Below, in pieces: positions 26,256 to 35,842 of a stretch of 64,000 nucleotides of DNA (positions are counted from its first letter, which is position 1; each line of letters starts with the position of its first letter). A program made the translations under genes and the position numbers. The stretch spans positions 64,001-128,000 of IMG/VR virus record IMGVR_UViG_3300015360_000024. One strand, written 5' to 3'. The notes beneath the pieces are model-generated. The model was not told where the DNA came from. It saw only the letters and a program-made list of their open reading frames with translations, and searched no databases. Source of the DNA: a virus.

Positions 26256-28262
26256 ATGGCGATTATCGATCTCGGCGGTCGCGTCAGGAGCGAGCAGACC
26301 AAGGAAGAGTTGGTCCGCATGCTCAGTAAGGAGTTCGCGAACCTCTCCGACGACGAGAAACAGGCGGTGATGCTCTGTCTGCGCGAGATGGATGATCCAG
26401 CCTTCAATGAGCTGGAGGAGAAGGGCGAGGTTGTACCAACCCGTATCTATGATGTCCTGACTGATGCCGAGTACATTCGCAAGCCCGTCGACATGGAGAC
26501 GTTCGTCCGGGATCCGTACTACCTCGGCAAGACCTGCGACGTTCTCTATCCAAAGCTGATGGAAGACATGAACGAGCTATTCGCTGGTAACTACCGCGAA
26601 ACCATTCTGTCAGGGTCGATTGGTTGGGGTAAGTCGTTCTTTGCGTCCATTGCAGCCTGTCGAATCATCTACGAGCTGTCGTGTATGCGCGATCCGCATA
26701 AGAGCTTCGGCATCGGTAAGGGCTCTGATATTTCCTTCGTCGTGCTCTCGGTCAAGGAAGACCTCGCCATCAAGGTCGCCTTTGAGAACATCGCGAACAA
26801 GATCAAGGAGAGCGACTACTTCAAGGATAATTTCGCATTCAAGCCGATGAAGAAGGAGATTATTTTCCCAAATCACATCCAGGTGGCAGCGCGTGCGTCA
26901 ACCGATAGCGCTGCCCTTGGTTTGAACGTCTTCTCCGCATGGATCGATGAGTCGAACTTCCTGGCCCCTATGAAGAAGAAGGGATCTATTGAGAGCCGGG
27001 TCGGCAATACAGACAGGGCTTCGTTTCTCTACGACCAGCTCATCCGTCGTATGAAGTCGCGCTTCCAGCGTCACGGGAAGCTGCCAGGTATGATGATCGT
27101 TGTCTCGTCGAAGCAGACCAGGGACGACTTCACCGCCAAGCGCATTCGTGAGTCGAAGGACGACCCGACGGTGTTCGTTCGCGACTACGCCACCTGGCAC
27201 GTCAAGCCGGATGGGATTTTCTCAAAAGAGGTCTTCCACGTTCTGGTTGGTAACGACCTCATTCCTTCGAAGGTGCTCGATCCTGAAGAGGTGCCCATAC
27301 TGCGCGAGAAGCTACAGGAGGGAATGCTCATCATCGAGGTCCCGATCGACTTCAAGAACGACTTCGTCAACAACGTCGAAGACTCGATTCGCGATATCGC
27401 CGGCATTGAGACGGTCTCCATCTCGCCGTTCATCCAGCAGCGCAATAAGATCGTTCCAAACATTGACATCAACCGCTCGCACCCGTTCACTACGGAGGCG
27501 TGGGTGCAGACCGAGGGTGGCCGATTCATCTGGTCGAAGCTTGCCCATCAGATTGAAACACGCGAAGGGGCGTCACTCGTTCGCGAGTGGCAGCCGCTGT
27601 TCCATGCTGGTTCAGCAAGGCACGTCCATATCGACCCGTCGCTGAACGACGACTCGACTGGTTTCGCCGTTGGCTGCGTGACCGGCTATAAGATGGTGTC
27701 TCGCAGAGATCCTGAGACACAGGAACTATTCACGGAGCGCGCACCGGAGATCTGGGTCGATTTCCTTCTGCGTATCAGCCCGCCCGTCGGTGGCGAAATC
27801 GACCAAGCAGGATTGAGGTCGCTCATCTACCAGTTTCAAGCGAAGGGCTTCTCTGTCAGCTTCGTCTCGGCAGATCAGTTCAACTCAGCCGACACCCTGC
27901 AGCAGCTTGCTCGGAAGGGGCTGACGACTGAGCGAATCTCTGTCGACAAGCCGATGGACGCCTACGACATCCTCAAGCAAGCCCTCTATGAGAACCGGCT
28001 GAGCTTCTACGATTACCGACCACTTCTCGATGAGTTGAAGTGGATCCAGAAGGACAACATCCGCAACAAGGTCGACCACCCAGCTGGTAAATCGAAGGAT
28101 GTGGCCGACGCCTTGGCAGGCATCGTCTTCACGTTGACGACGATGTATCACGGCGCCCCGATGGGGGTGTACAAGGGGTTGTCGCAGCACTCAGATCCAC
28201 AGCAAGAGGAACAGCGCGAGATTGTGGACGACGATGGACCACTGCCTTTCTTGATAGGATGA
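26256..28262 (+). CDS. terminase large subunit
   Basis: ILSGSIGWGKS Walker A, AWIDES Walker B, HVHIDPS and KVDHPAGKSKDVADALAG nuclease motifs. Confidence 0.93.
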   Translation: MAIIDLGGRVRSEQTKEELVRMLSKEFANLSDDEKQAVMLCLREMDDPAFNELEEKGEVVPTRIYDVLTDAEYIRKPVDMETFVRDPYYLGKTCDVLYPKLMEDMNELFAGNYRETILSGSIGWGKSFFASIAACRIIYELSCMRDPHKSFGIGKGSDISFVVLSVKEDLAIKVAFENIANKIKESDYFKDNFAFKPMKKEIIFPNHIQVAARASTDSAALGLNVFSAWIDESNFLAPMKKKGSIESRVGNTDRASFLYDQLIRRMKSRFQRHGKLPGMMIVVSSKQTRDDFTAKRIRESKDDPTVFVRDYATWHVKPDGIFSKEVFHVLVGNDLIPSKVLDPEEVPILREKLQEGMLIIEVPIDFKNDFVNNVEDSIRDIAGIETVSISPFIQQRNKIVPNIDINRSHPFTTEAWVQTEGGRFIWSKLAHQIETREGASLVREWQPLFHAGSARHVHIDPSLNDDSTGFAVGCVTGYKMVSRRDPETQELFTERAPEIWVDFLLRISPPVGGEIDQAGLRSLIYQFQAKGFSVSFVSADQFNSADTLQQLARKGLTTERISVDKPMDAYDILKQALYENRLSFYDYRPLLDELKWIQKDNIRNKVDHPAGKSKDVADALAGIVFTLTTMYHGAPMGVYKGLSQHSDPQQEEQREIVDDDGPLPFLIG

Positions 28263-28266
28263 CCCC

Positions 28267-28989
28267 ATGGCGGAGACCAAGAAGCACAAGAAACGCAAGA
28301 AGCGGAAGCGCGTTTTGTCTGTGTTTCCGATAATCTACCCTTCTAGAATCGGAACTCCGTACACCTACCGCCCCGGATCTGGAAACGATTCGGGTGGAGC
28401 ACCCGCAGAAGCTCCTCCGGCGCCTCCTTCTCCAGGTTCGGGAATAGGCGAGGCACTGAACGTCAAACCATCTAGGGCCAGGGTGCTGCACGAAATGCGT
28501 CGCGCGCTTGGCCTGAAGCCTGGAAGTGATCGAGCGAACGAGGGCGGCGACGCGTTCCCTCAGGGACCAAGGATGCGTTTGGTGCGGACCGCATTGGTTG
28601 AGTACTTTAACGACGCACCGAACGTTGCGATGGGCGGCTACCAGCTGCCAAGCTTTTCATCGGTGCCGATGCGTGTCGGCGGTCCAGTGATTGGCGGTCC
28701 CGGGTTTCAACACGACGGCAATGGAGAAGGCGGTCGGTACGACTTCAGGAAGTCACCTGGCCTTGGATTCAGGACGGAGATGGCCTGGCGAGTCTGGGAG
28801 AAGGCGATGGACGTTATGGACAAGGAGAAGGGGATGGCAAAGCATTCAATTCTCCTGAGGGCCCTGTCCAAGGCTGGCGTTCATCGCGGACAGATAGATC
28901 CGGCCGAGTATCGTCTCCTTGAGATGGGCATCGAGTGGTACCTCAGCGATGCTGGCGCACTTGGTGCCAGCAAGAGCGTTTTCTATTAG
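28267..28989 (+). CDS. hypothetical protein with a very basic N-terminus
   Basis: 240-aa ORF starting KKHKKRKKRKR. Confidence 0.65.
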   Translation: MAETKKHKKRKKRKRVLSVFPIIYPSRIGTPYTYRPGSGNDSGGAPAEAPPAPPSPGSGIGEALNVKPSRARVLHEMRRALGLKPGSDRANEGGDAFPQGPRMRLVRTALVEYFNDAPNVAMGGYQLPSFSSVPMRVGGPVIGGPGFQHDGNGEGGRYDFRKSPGLGFRTEMAWRVWEKAMDVMDKEKGMAKHSILLRALSKAGVHRGQIDPAEYRLLEMGIEWYLSDAGALGASKSVFY

Positions 28990-29021
28990 AAATGTTCAGA
29001 TCTTAGGATATTCAAAGTAAT

Positions 29022-29294
29022 ATGAACAGGATACGACCAGAACCCAAGGACGATGCATCCAATGCCCTTGGAGACGCTCCAGAGGAGGAATACACGTTTC
29101 TTCTCGTGCCGGTAGGCGTCTATACGCAGGTGGCTCAGATTGCTCGCCAGCAGGGATGCTCGGTGGGCGAGGTGTTCCAAAGATCGCTTTTGGCGTATGT
29201 TCAGGCCGCCGAGACGGGTGCGGATAAACAGCCTGATCGACAGCCATCCAGGCCACCGCCTGACATGGTCGTCAAACGTAAAAGGAGTCCATGA
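29022..29294 (+). CDS. ribbon-helix-helix-like DNA-binding protein
   Basis: TFLLVPVGVYTQVAQIARQQGCSVGEVFQRSLLAY. Confidence 0.55.
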   Translation: MNRIRPEPKDDASNALGDAPEEEYTFLLVPVGVYTQVAQIARQQGCSVGEVFQRSLLAYVQAAETGADKQPDRQPSRPPPDMVVKRKRSP

Positions 29295-29746
29295 TGTGGC
29301 AGACGGTACTTGAGAACATGATTCCGGTGATCTTCATGATCATCACGCCCGTGGCTACGTTGTTTGTGAGCCTCCTTCTCCGCAAGCTGGCGAAGAAGTG
29401 GCATCTCGAAGGCGCTCTTCAGTATGACCAGAAGGTTGACGAGCTAGTCATCAAGGGTATCAAGGCTGTTGAGCAAAGGAGCATCGCGGCCGTGAAAAAG
29501 GGCCGCGACATGACGCCCGGCGAGCAGAAGCTGGACGAGGCGATGAAGTTCGTCAATGCACAGCTGATCGCCATGAAGCTTCCAGAGAAGGCTACCACCG
29601 AGCTGTCGATGCTCATCGAATCTAAGCTGTTCGATGGCGTGAAGGAGCCCGTCACTCAAGTTGTCGCAGTCACCCCAGTCATGGCGACTGGTGGCACGGC
29701 CGTGTCAGTTACGCCGACGACGCCCGTTACGCCGACGACGCCCTAA
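29291..29746 (+). CDS. putative holin (LL-H-like)
   Basis: SD AAGGAG; single N-terminal TM helix, then IKAVEQ...GEQKLDEAMKFV. Confidence 0.65.
   Translation: MMWQTVLENMIPVIFMIITPVATLFVSLLLRKLAKKWHLEGALQYDQKVDELVIKGIKAVEQRSIAAVKKGRDMTPGEQKLDEAMKFVNAQLIAMKLPEKATTELSMLIESKLFDGVKEPVTQVVAVTPVMATGGTAVSVTPTTPVTPTTP
29708..29743 (+). repeat. perfect 18-bp tandem repeat x2 (encodes VTPTTP)
   Basis: GTTACGCCGACGACGCCC twice, just before the stop. Confidence 0.8.
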
Positions 29747-29760
29747 GGTAGGATCCCGCC

Positions 29761-30087
29761 ATGGCCGTTGAGACTCCTACATTCCCGGCAACACTGCCGT
29801 CGAGCATTAAGTCGATCCGCTTCTATCAAACAGGAGCGGCCACGGCGAACTACGCCGACAACAAGTGGCCGTTCGTGAAGGCGAACCCGGCAGATCCGCT
29901 GGTGCCAGAGCAAGGTTGGTCTCACAGTATTGCCGTGAGAGCGGTAGGCGGTGATCTGCGGATCTCATTCGACGGAACGATCGACCACGGCTTCATTCTG
30001 TCTGGCACCGAACGCATCTATGAGAAACGGCACGAAGGTGGAATTGCCGTAAAGGGTGCTGGTACGTTTCACATAGAGGCCTGGTAG
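29761..30087 (+). CDS. hypothetical beta-rich (possibly structural) protein
   Basis: 108-aa ORF. Confidence 0.65.
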   Translation: MAVETPTFPATLPSSIKSIRFYQTGAATANYADNKWPFVKANPADPLVPEQGWSHSIAVRAVGGDLRISFDGTIDHGFILSGTERIYEKRHEGGIAVKGAGTFHIEAW

Positions 30088-30121
30088 TTCAGTCGCAGAT
30101 CCGTGTGATAGTCTGCGCTCA

Positions 30122-30493
30122 ATGTCGATTGAGCGCGAACAGGACGAGGCCACGTCTCTTGATCCCAACGATGGGAGCGAAGAGCGTGGTCTTTCTGTTT
30201 TGGATCATGTGACCGAAGATGTTGGAGAAATCCAAAAATCCGATACATCTCGCATGGAGAACGAACTCATGCGAAGTGCTTTGGCTTTTATGAAAACGTC
30301 AGACTCGAAATGGGCTGACGCTCGAAGCAAGGGTCCAAGCCCTGCTGACTTCGGCGACCACCAACCGATCCCGATCGACTCGGTTTGTCTTTCTCCGGTG
30401 CTGGCCACCGACGAGAAAGTAATCGACGATGTTCCAGAGACAGTAGAAGAACTAGAACAGGATCTCAGATCCGAGAGGAGAACTCATGGTTGA
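30122..30493 (+). CDS. hypothetical acidic protein
   Basis: 123-aa ORF; TG-a-TAGTCT 7 nt upstream of the ATG. Confidence 0.6.
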   Translation: MSIEREQDEATSLDPNDGSEERGLSVLDHVTEDVGEIQKSDTSRMENELMRSALAFMKTSDSKWADARSKGPSPADFGDHQPIPIDSVCLSPVLATDEKVIDDVPETVEELEQDLRSERRTHG

Positions 30494-30560
30494 ATTTACA
30501 ACGCCACGCAAGCGCATGATCCGTCCCGTCCGTCGGTGCAAGAACGGCTGCTTACTTTAG
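30486..30560 (+). CDS. 24-aa basic peptide, in frame with the next gene
   Basis: SD GAGGAG; MVEFTTPRKRMIRPVRRCKNGCLL. Confidence 0.4.
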   Translation: MVEFTTPRKRMIRPVRRCKNGCLL

Positions 30561-30590
30561 CCGGGCACTGTCGGTGACCCGGCATTCGAT

Positions 30591-30887
30591 ATGACTAACC
30601 TAATTTGCTTTATTCTTTCCTGCTACGGGGTTACGAACATCGTAACCAGCGGGAAGATCTTCAAGTGGCTTCGGGACTTTCTTTGTCCGATTCCAGTTCT
30701 CGGCTACTGGATAATGTGCCCGATGTGCCTTAGCGTGCCCGTGGGGATTGGTTGGTTCCTGCTTGGGCTAAGTCCTCAAATCGACGCGCCGTTTTTAGTT
30801 TCAGCAGCATCATGCGGGATGATATCAAGCGGATCTTGTTGGATTATTCGCGTGGCGCTTCACCGCCTTGGAGAGGATGAACTGTAG
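30591..30887 (+). CDS. DUF1360-like small membrane protein
   Basis: Hydrophobic; SGKIFKWLRD...MCPMCLSVPVG pattern. Confidence 0.65.
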   Translation: MTNLICFILSCYGVTNIVTSGKIFKWLRDFLCPIPVLGYWIMCPMCLSVPVGIGWFLLGLSPQIDAPFLVSAASCGMISSGSCWIIRVALHRLGEDEL

Positions 30888-31718
30888 ATGCATCTGGTCG
30901 GCAGCAAGGAGTGGCGAGACGAGAAGCGCTTGGCGATGCCGCCGGGTGTTTGCTCGAATTTTCCATACTGCAGCCGGCTCGCCGCTAGCGGAAAGAAGCG
31001 CTGCCACTCCTGCCTGGAACGACTCGGCAAGTGGCGTCGAGCCAAGAGAGCCGTCGAGGTTAAGACGCCAGACGTTTGCAGCGTTCATGAATGCGGCAAG
31101 TTGATCGAGGCACCGCACAAGATGTGCGCGGCCTGTCGAGCCGTCTCGAACGACGGGGTCAAGAAACGGAACCGTCTCCTCAAGGAGGAGGTTCTGGTCG
31201 CCTATGGCAGTAAGTGCGCTTGTTGTTCCGAGGCCGGCCGGTCGTTCTTGTCCATCGATCACGTCAACGGTTACGACGGCACTGGACCAAGGAAGAGCCA
31301 GCCGCTGTACAGGTGGCTGAAGAAGAACGGATACCCGACCGGATTCCAGGTTCTCTGCATGAATTGCAATGGCTCTCGTGGTTACTACGGATACTGTTCG
31401 CATCGGCGTAGGGAGGCTGCAAACGATCGATTCGACAAAGATCGAACTAAATCATTTGCTCGAAAACGTGCAGTATTCGACCGATATGGCGGTTCCGCTT
31501 GCGCGTGCTGCAATGAGCAGACGTTTGAGTTCCTTTGCCTGGATCACGTCAACGGCAATGGGGCCGAGCATAGGCGTGAGATCGGCGCTGGAGTATCCAT
31601 GATTTCATGGGTCGCGATTAATGGTTACCCGGCAGGATTCCAGGTTCTTTGTATCAACTGCAATTTTGCCAAAAGAGACGGCGAGAGTTGCTCGCACTCC
31701 AAGGCTAAGGTAGCGTAA
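30888..31718 (+). mobile_element. free-standing HNH-type endonuclease with two tandem nuclease domains
   Basis: CACC...SIDHVNG...FQVLCMNCN and CACC...CLDHVNG...FQVLCINCN; lies between DUF1360 and portal. Confidence 0.78.
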
Positions 31719-31722
31719 TTCC

Positions 31723-33525
31723 ATGGGATTCTGGGGCGATATCGGTCACCGCGTAAGAGGGATGCTCCGCTTCGACAAGGAGCAGATCGTCCTCAACCTC
31801 GCTAAGGGCGGGACCAACTCTGGATATCCCCAGACGGGTTTCGATCTACTTCAGTCCTACGGCCAGGACATCCTCAGCGACTACCTCAAGCTCGAACACG
31901 ACCTGATGGCCAGGTTTGTCGACTACGAGGAAATGGACGACTACCCGGAGCTAGCCAGCGCGATCGATATCTACGCTGACGACGCGACCCAAGTGGAGTC
32001 GTTGATGAACAAGGTCTGCTGGGTCGACAGCCCGGACAAGACCGTTCAGGCGATCCTGGAAGACCTTCTATGGAAGAGACTTCGCGTTGACGAAGAGGTC
32101 TGGGAGATCTGCCGTACTCTCGTCAAGTACGGCAACGACTACGAAGAGCTTCTCGTCACTGGAGACGGTCTCGTAGGAATGAACTTCCTACCTCCGCCAA
32201 CAATGCGTCGCATTGAAGGTCGTCGAGGCGAGCTGTTTGGCTTCGTCCAGGACTACAAGGGTCGCTTCGGATACAGCCCAGAGGAATTCAAGCAGCTCCT
32301 CGCGCAGCGCGCGTCAGGCAGTAACAATCCTCAGTACAAGTACGCCGCACTTGAGGACTGGGAAGTTGTCCACTATCGACTCCGCTCGAAGCATCGCCGC
32401 TCGATCTATGGCTACTCAGTTCTTGAGCCAGCTCGCTGGATCTGGAAGCGCCTCATGCTTCTTGAGGATGCTGCGATGGTGTACCGGCTGCAGCGCGCTC
32501 CACAGCGCTACGCATTCTACATTGACGTTGGTGACATGCCGCCGAAGGAAGCGATGGGCTTCCTTCACAAGATGCGGCAGCAGTACAAGAAGACGAAGTT
32601 CTACAACCCGCAGACCGGCAAACTCGATCTCAAGTACAACCCGCTCTCGCAGGACGAGGACTTCTTTGTTCCTGTCCGCAAGGGTGTTCAGGCAACGAAG
32701 ATCGACGTCGTGGGCTCGCCGTCCTGGCAGCACATGGAGGACATCGAGTACTTCAAGCTGAAGCTCTATGCTGCGATAAAAGTGCCCAAGGTCTACCTCG
32801 GATCCGAGGCCCCTCGCGCCAAGGGCGTGCTTTCGCAAGAGGATGTGCGCTTCGCCAGAACCGTCCTGCGTATTCAACGCGAAGTGAGGAACGGTCTGAA
32901 GAAGAAGTGCCGTATCCACCTCGCGGCCCTCGGTATTGATCCATCGAAGGTCGACTTCGAGGTCTACATGACGACCCCGAGTTCGATCTTCGAGCTGGCT
33001 CAGCTTGAGGTTCGAAACGCGAAGGCGGACTTCGCGGGACGCATGAGTCAGTTCGTGTCACTGCACTGGATTCTCCAGAAGGTGTTTGGACTTAGCGACG
33101 AAGAGATCGAGTACATCATCAAGGAGCGCCACCAAGAGCAGCTCGCCGATGCTGAGATCCAGGCCAAGGCGATGGGTCTCAATATGGACGTTCAAAACAA
33201 GTCAGCACTGCAGCAGCAGGCGGCACAAACACATCTTCAGCAGCAGCAGGCCGCGCAAGTCCAGCCGGGCACGCAAGCAGCAGAAGACCTGCGCAAACAC
33301 ATTCGCTCCGTGGGCAGTCTGTCCTCTATGTGGCCACAAATGAGACAGCGCCTTGGATATCGCCAGATATCCGAACAAGAGTTATTCCATGGCAATCGCG
33401 AGCACGAGAAATTGGTTGGCGACAATCTCGAAAAGATCCTCGCGTCGAACACAGGATTGGCCAGGAGACTCGATGAGTTGGGTCAGCTCGTTGAGGAACT
33501 GAGGCATAGTATGCCTGGCAGGTAA
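31723..33525 (+). CDS. portal protein (T4 gp20-like)
   Basis: YPELASAIDIYADDA, YRLQRAPQRYAFYIDVGDMP, EDFFVPVRKG, DIEYFKLKLYAAIKVP. Confidence 0.93.
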   Translation: MGFWGDIGHRVRGMLRFDKEQIVLNLAKGGTNSGYPQTGFDLLQSYGQDILSDYLKLEHDLMARFVDYEEMDDYPELASAIDIYADDATQVESLMNKVCWVDSPDKTVQAILEDLLWKRLRVDEEVWEICRTLVKYGNDYEELLVTGDGLVGMNFLPPPTMRRIEGRRGELFGFVQDYKGRFGYSPEEFKQLLAQRASGSNNPQYKYAALEDWEVVHYRLRSKHRRSIYGYSVLEPARWIWKRLMLLEDAAMVYRLQRAPQRYAFYIDVGDMPPKEAMGFLHKMRQQYKKTKFYNPQTGKLDLKYNPLSQDEDFFVPVRKGVQATKIDVVGSPSWQHMEDIEYFKLKLYAAIKVPKVYLGSEAPRAKGVLSQEDVRFARTVLRIQREVRNGLKKKCRIHLAALGIDPSKVDFEVYMTTPSSIFELAQLEVRNAKADFAGRMSQFVSLHWILQKVFGLSDEEIEYIIKERHQEQLADAEIQAKAMGLNMDVQNKSALQQQAAQTHLQQQQAAQVQPGTQAAEDLRKHIRSVGSLSSMWPQMRQRLGYRQISEQELFHGNREHEKLVGDNLEKILASNTGLARRLDELGQLVEELRHSMPGR

Positions 33526-33606
33526 ATCCATTTACTCAACGGATCTGCCATTGCTTGACACACGCGATCCTTTGCACCAGTATCCGCTCAACAAAGGTCA
33601 GATCTG

Positions 33607-34560
33607 GTGGCAAAGAACCAAACCTCTGCGGCTCGGATTGTTTCCGTAGACGCAATCAAGACCCTCATTGAGGGCTCGCATGAGCATCTCGGTGTGGCTC
33701 TGGATGAGGCTCTACACAAGAGCCGCTCTGTCTTTGCTAAGGATAGTGAAGAGGTCACACGAATGGCGACGTTCAGCGATCGAATGATCGTTGGGACGTC
33801 GTCCGGTGATTACTTCAGTGTCAAGTTTGAGCACAACAATGGTGAACTGACACTTCTCTCTCCAGAGAAGGTTGATGTCCCGGTTGTTAGCTCTTCAAAT
33901 GCGACGAAGTCCGTCAAGGAGTTCTCTCTCAGTGCGGTTGATGCGTTGATGTCTGAGAGCAAGGACGCAGTCGGTAAGATTTTGGTTCTCGCAGATCTGC
34001 AGGAGCAACAGCAGGTGTCTGAAGCGCGCGACTACCCTGCGGAAGCGCAGGCTGCTGTGACTTCTGGACGGCCGTGGCGTGAAGCCCTCTCCACCCAGTG
34101 GAAGGAAATCAGCCGCCAAGTCGTCGACAGGCTTGAGTCAATTCGGGGTGCAGCCCTCGAAGCGAAGTACAAGCCGATGTACGAGACCGACGAGATCCCG
34201 GAAGAGAAGTTCGAGACGTACAGGGGCATGGCCGAGAGCGATCTCGGGGTGCTTGCAGAGCGTCTTCGTGCTCTTCATGAGGCCGTCGAAGCCGCGTACC
34301 TCCCATTCAAAGATTCCATCAGCAAGGATGAGTTGGACGAGTCTGAGGAAGACGTCCTGTCTCATTTTTGCTTCTTCTCTGAGGATCTAATCTCAGATCT
34401 TGCGGAGATCCGGTCGTTGGTTGCCGACACGATCGAAAACGAGCAGTGTGTTATGTGCCTTGGGCAGGTCTACGACACCATCGCTGAGTCGCTAACGGAC
34501 TGTGAGATTGCCGGAAGCTTCGTCCAGCGTATGGCTGGCGCACTCGACGATGCGGCGTAG
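33607..34560 (+). CDS. hypothetical acidic head-region protein
   Basis: 317-aa ORF between portal and scaffold; TTGACA at 33555. Confidence 0.7.
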   Translation: MAKNQTSAARIVSVDAIKTLIEGSHEHLGVALDEALHKSRSVFAKDSEEVTRMATFSDRMIVGTSSGDYFSVKFEHNNGELTLLSPEKVDVPVVSSSNATKSVKEFSLSAVDALMSESKDAVGKILVLADLQEQQQVSEARDYPAEAQAAVTSGRPWREALSTQWKEISRQVVDRLESIRGAALEAKYKPMYETDEIPEEKFETYRGMAESDLGVLAERLRALHEAVEAAYLPFKDSISKDELDESEEDVLSHFCFFSEDLISDLAEIRSLVADTIENEQCVMCLGQVYDTIAESLTDCEIAGSFVQRMAGALDDAA

Positions 34561-34595
34561 GGCCGGAAACCTCGACGGACTATAGGAGAAGCCAA

Positions 34596-35615
34596 ATGAT
34601 TCACCGTTACCCAATCCAGCTCACGACCCTCGAAGAGGATTTCCGCGCCATCGGCCTTCTCCCCGCGAAGGACACGCAGGAGATCTCCGAGACCGACGAC
34701 TCGGCATCTCCGCGTGACATCCCGTCGCCGGATCCGAGCACGGCCGCCGGTAATGACGATAGCCAGGCTACGCCGGCTCGTCACAAGTACGCCAAGCAGC
34801 TCAAGCCGAAGCAGTCTCCAGACGACGGCAATGGTGAGTACGACATCGATTCCGATGGCGGCTCCCAGAAGGGCAAGGGCGGCGGATCGTACTCGCCTCC
34901 TCACGGCGGCAAGGAGTCCCGCGTCAAGTCCGAGGACGGTCACGTCAACGCTGGCTACAAGCTCCTCAAGAGCAAGATCATGAAGAACGTCAAGGACAAG
35001 GGTCAGGCTCCGGCCGTCGCCCAGGGCCGTGCGCCGGTCAAGAGCATCGCCGGCATGAAGAAGGAAGGCGCCAACCTCAGCCGCGCTGCTGAGCTGGTCA
35101 GCGAAGTTGAGGCCCTCCTCAATGGTTCGCAGATGGACGAGGAGTTCAACGGCCTTGTCCATGGCTTCAACCTCATCGGTGAGAACTGTTCGCTGTTGGC
35201 GAACCGCCTCGTCGACATCGCCGAGCACTACAACGTCGACAAGGCGATCTCTGCGATGGAGAGCCTCTACAACAACGCCATCGAGGCGGTTGGCATCCTT
35301 GAGGATACCGCGAAGGCCAAGGAAGACGAGGAAGACGAGGAAGATCTCGATCTGGAGTCCGTCAAGGACGCTTTCCGCCAGATGACGCTGACCCTCATGG
35401 ACGCCGTCGAAGCGTACGATGCCACCATCTCCGAGATGAAGAAGGACGATGATGACGACAAGGACGACGACGATGATTCGGATGACGACGACTCGGACGA
35501 CGATGACGATGATGACTCGGACGACGATGATGACGACTCGGACGACGACAAGGGTGGAATCGCCGCCCGCATGGCGAAGCTGAAGGCAGGCAAGAAGGGC
35601 CCTTTCGGCAAGTAG
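34596..35615 (+). CDS. acidic prohead scaffold/core-like protein with a poly-Asp tract
   Basis: SD AGGAG; strong codon bias; D-rich tract ~35445-35549; upstream of the prohead protease. Confidence 0.7.
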   Translation: MIHRYPIQLTTLEEDFRAIGLLPAKDTQEISETDDSASPRDIPSPDPSTAAGNDDSQATPARHKYAKQLKPKQSPDDGNGEYDIDSDGGSQKGKGGGSYSPPHGGKESRVKSEDGHVNAGYKLLKSKIMKNVKDKGQAPAVAQGRAPVKSIAGMKKEGANLSRAAELVSEVEALLNGSQMDEEFNGLVHGFNLIGENCSLLANRLVDIAEHYNVDKAISAMESLYNNAIEAVGILEDTAKAKEDEEDEEDLDLESVKDAFRQMTLTLMDAVEAYDATISEMKKDDDDDKDDDDDSDDDDSDDDDDDDSDDDDDDSDDDKGGIAARMAKLKAGKKGPFGK

Positions 35616-35635
35616 GGCTCAAGACTGAGGAGCCC
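35600..35635 (+). other. candidate -1 programmed ribosomal frameshift signal
   Basis: In-frame slippery heptamer C CCT TTC (35600-35606), 8-nt spacer, GGGCTC/GAGCCC stem (35615-35635); -1 frame open to 35842. Confidence 0.55.
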
Positions 35636-35674
35636 AGGGCCAGACGTACGGCCTATTCATCAGGACGCCGCGAG

Positions 35675-35842
35675 ATGGCGTTTGGAATCGAACCCAGAGA
35701 CGGTCTAGGAGGAAAATCGACGAGGAACCCAAAGAGACGAAAAGCGCAGTCAGGACTCGGTTTCGAGTACGACGTCGGCTTTAAGTCTCCTTTGAGCGCC
35801 AGATCGGATTTTCGCGGGACCTTCAGGTGGCTGAGAAGATAA
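35675..35842 (+). CDS. 55-aa basic ORF (stand-alone or the frameshift extension of the acidic protein)
   Basis: MAFGIEPRDG...FRWLRR; TAATG-coupled to the protease start. Confidence 0.5.
   Translation: MAFGIEPRDGLGGKSTRNPKRRKAQSGLGFEYDVGFKSPLSARSDFRGTFRWLRR

Noticed and set aside
33555-33586. TTGACA upstream of the 33607 gene as a full promoter
   Set aside because: No acceptable -10 at 16-18 nt spacing (best TATCCG at 20 nt)
35445-35549. GAC/GAT-rich quasi-repeats as a non-coding repeat element
   Set aside because: Simply the poly-Asp/Ser coding tract of the acidic head protein
35660-35760. GGAATCGAACCC, the reverse complement of a tRNA T-loop motif, with a nearby CCA
   Set aside because: The T-stem pairs only 2 of 5 bp, CCA is misplaced, and there is no D-arm or anticodon arm; the region is better explained as coding
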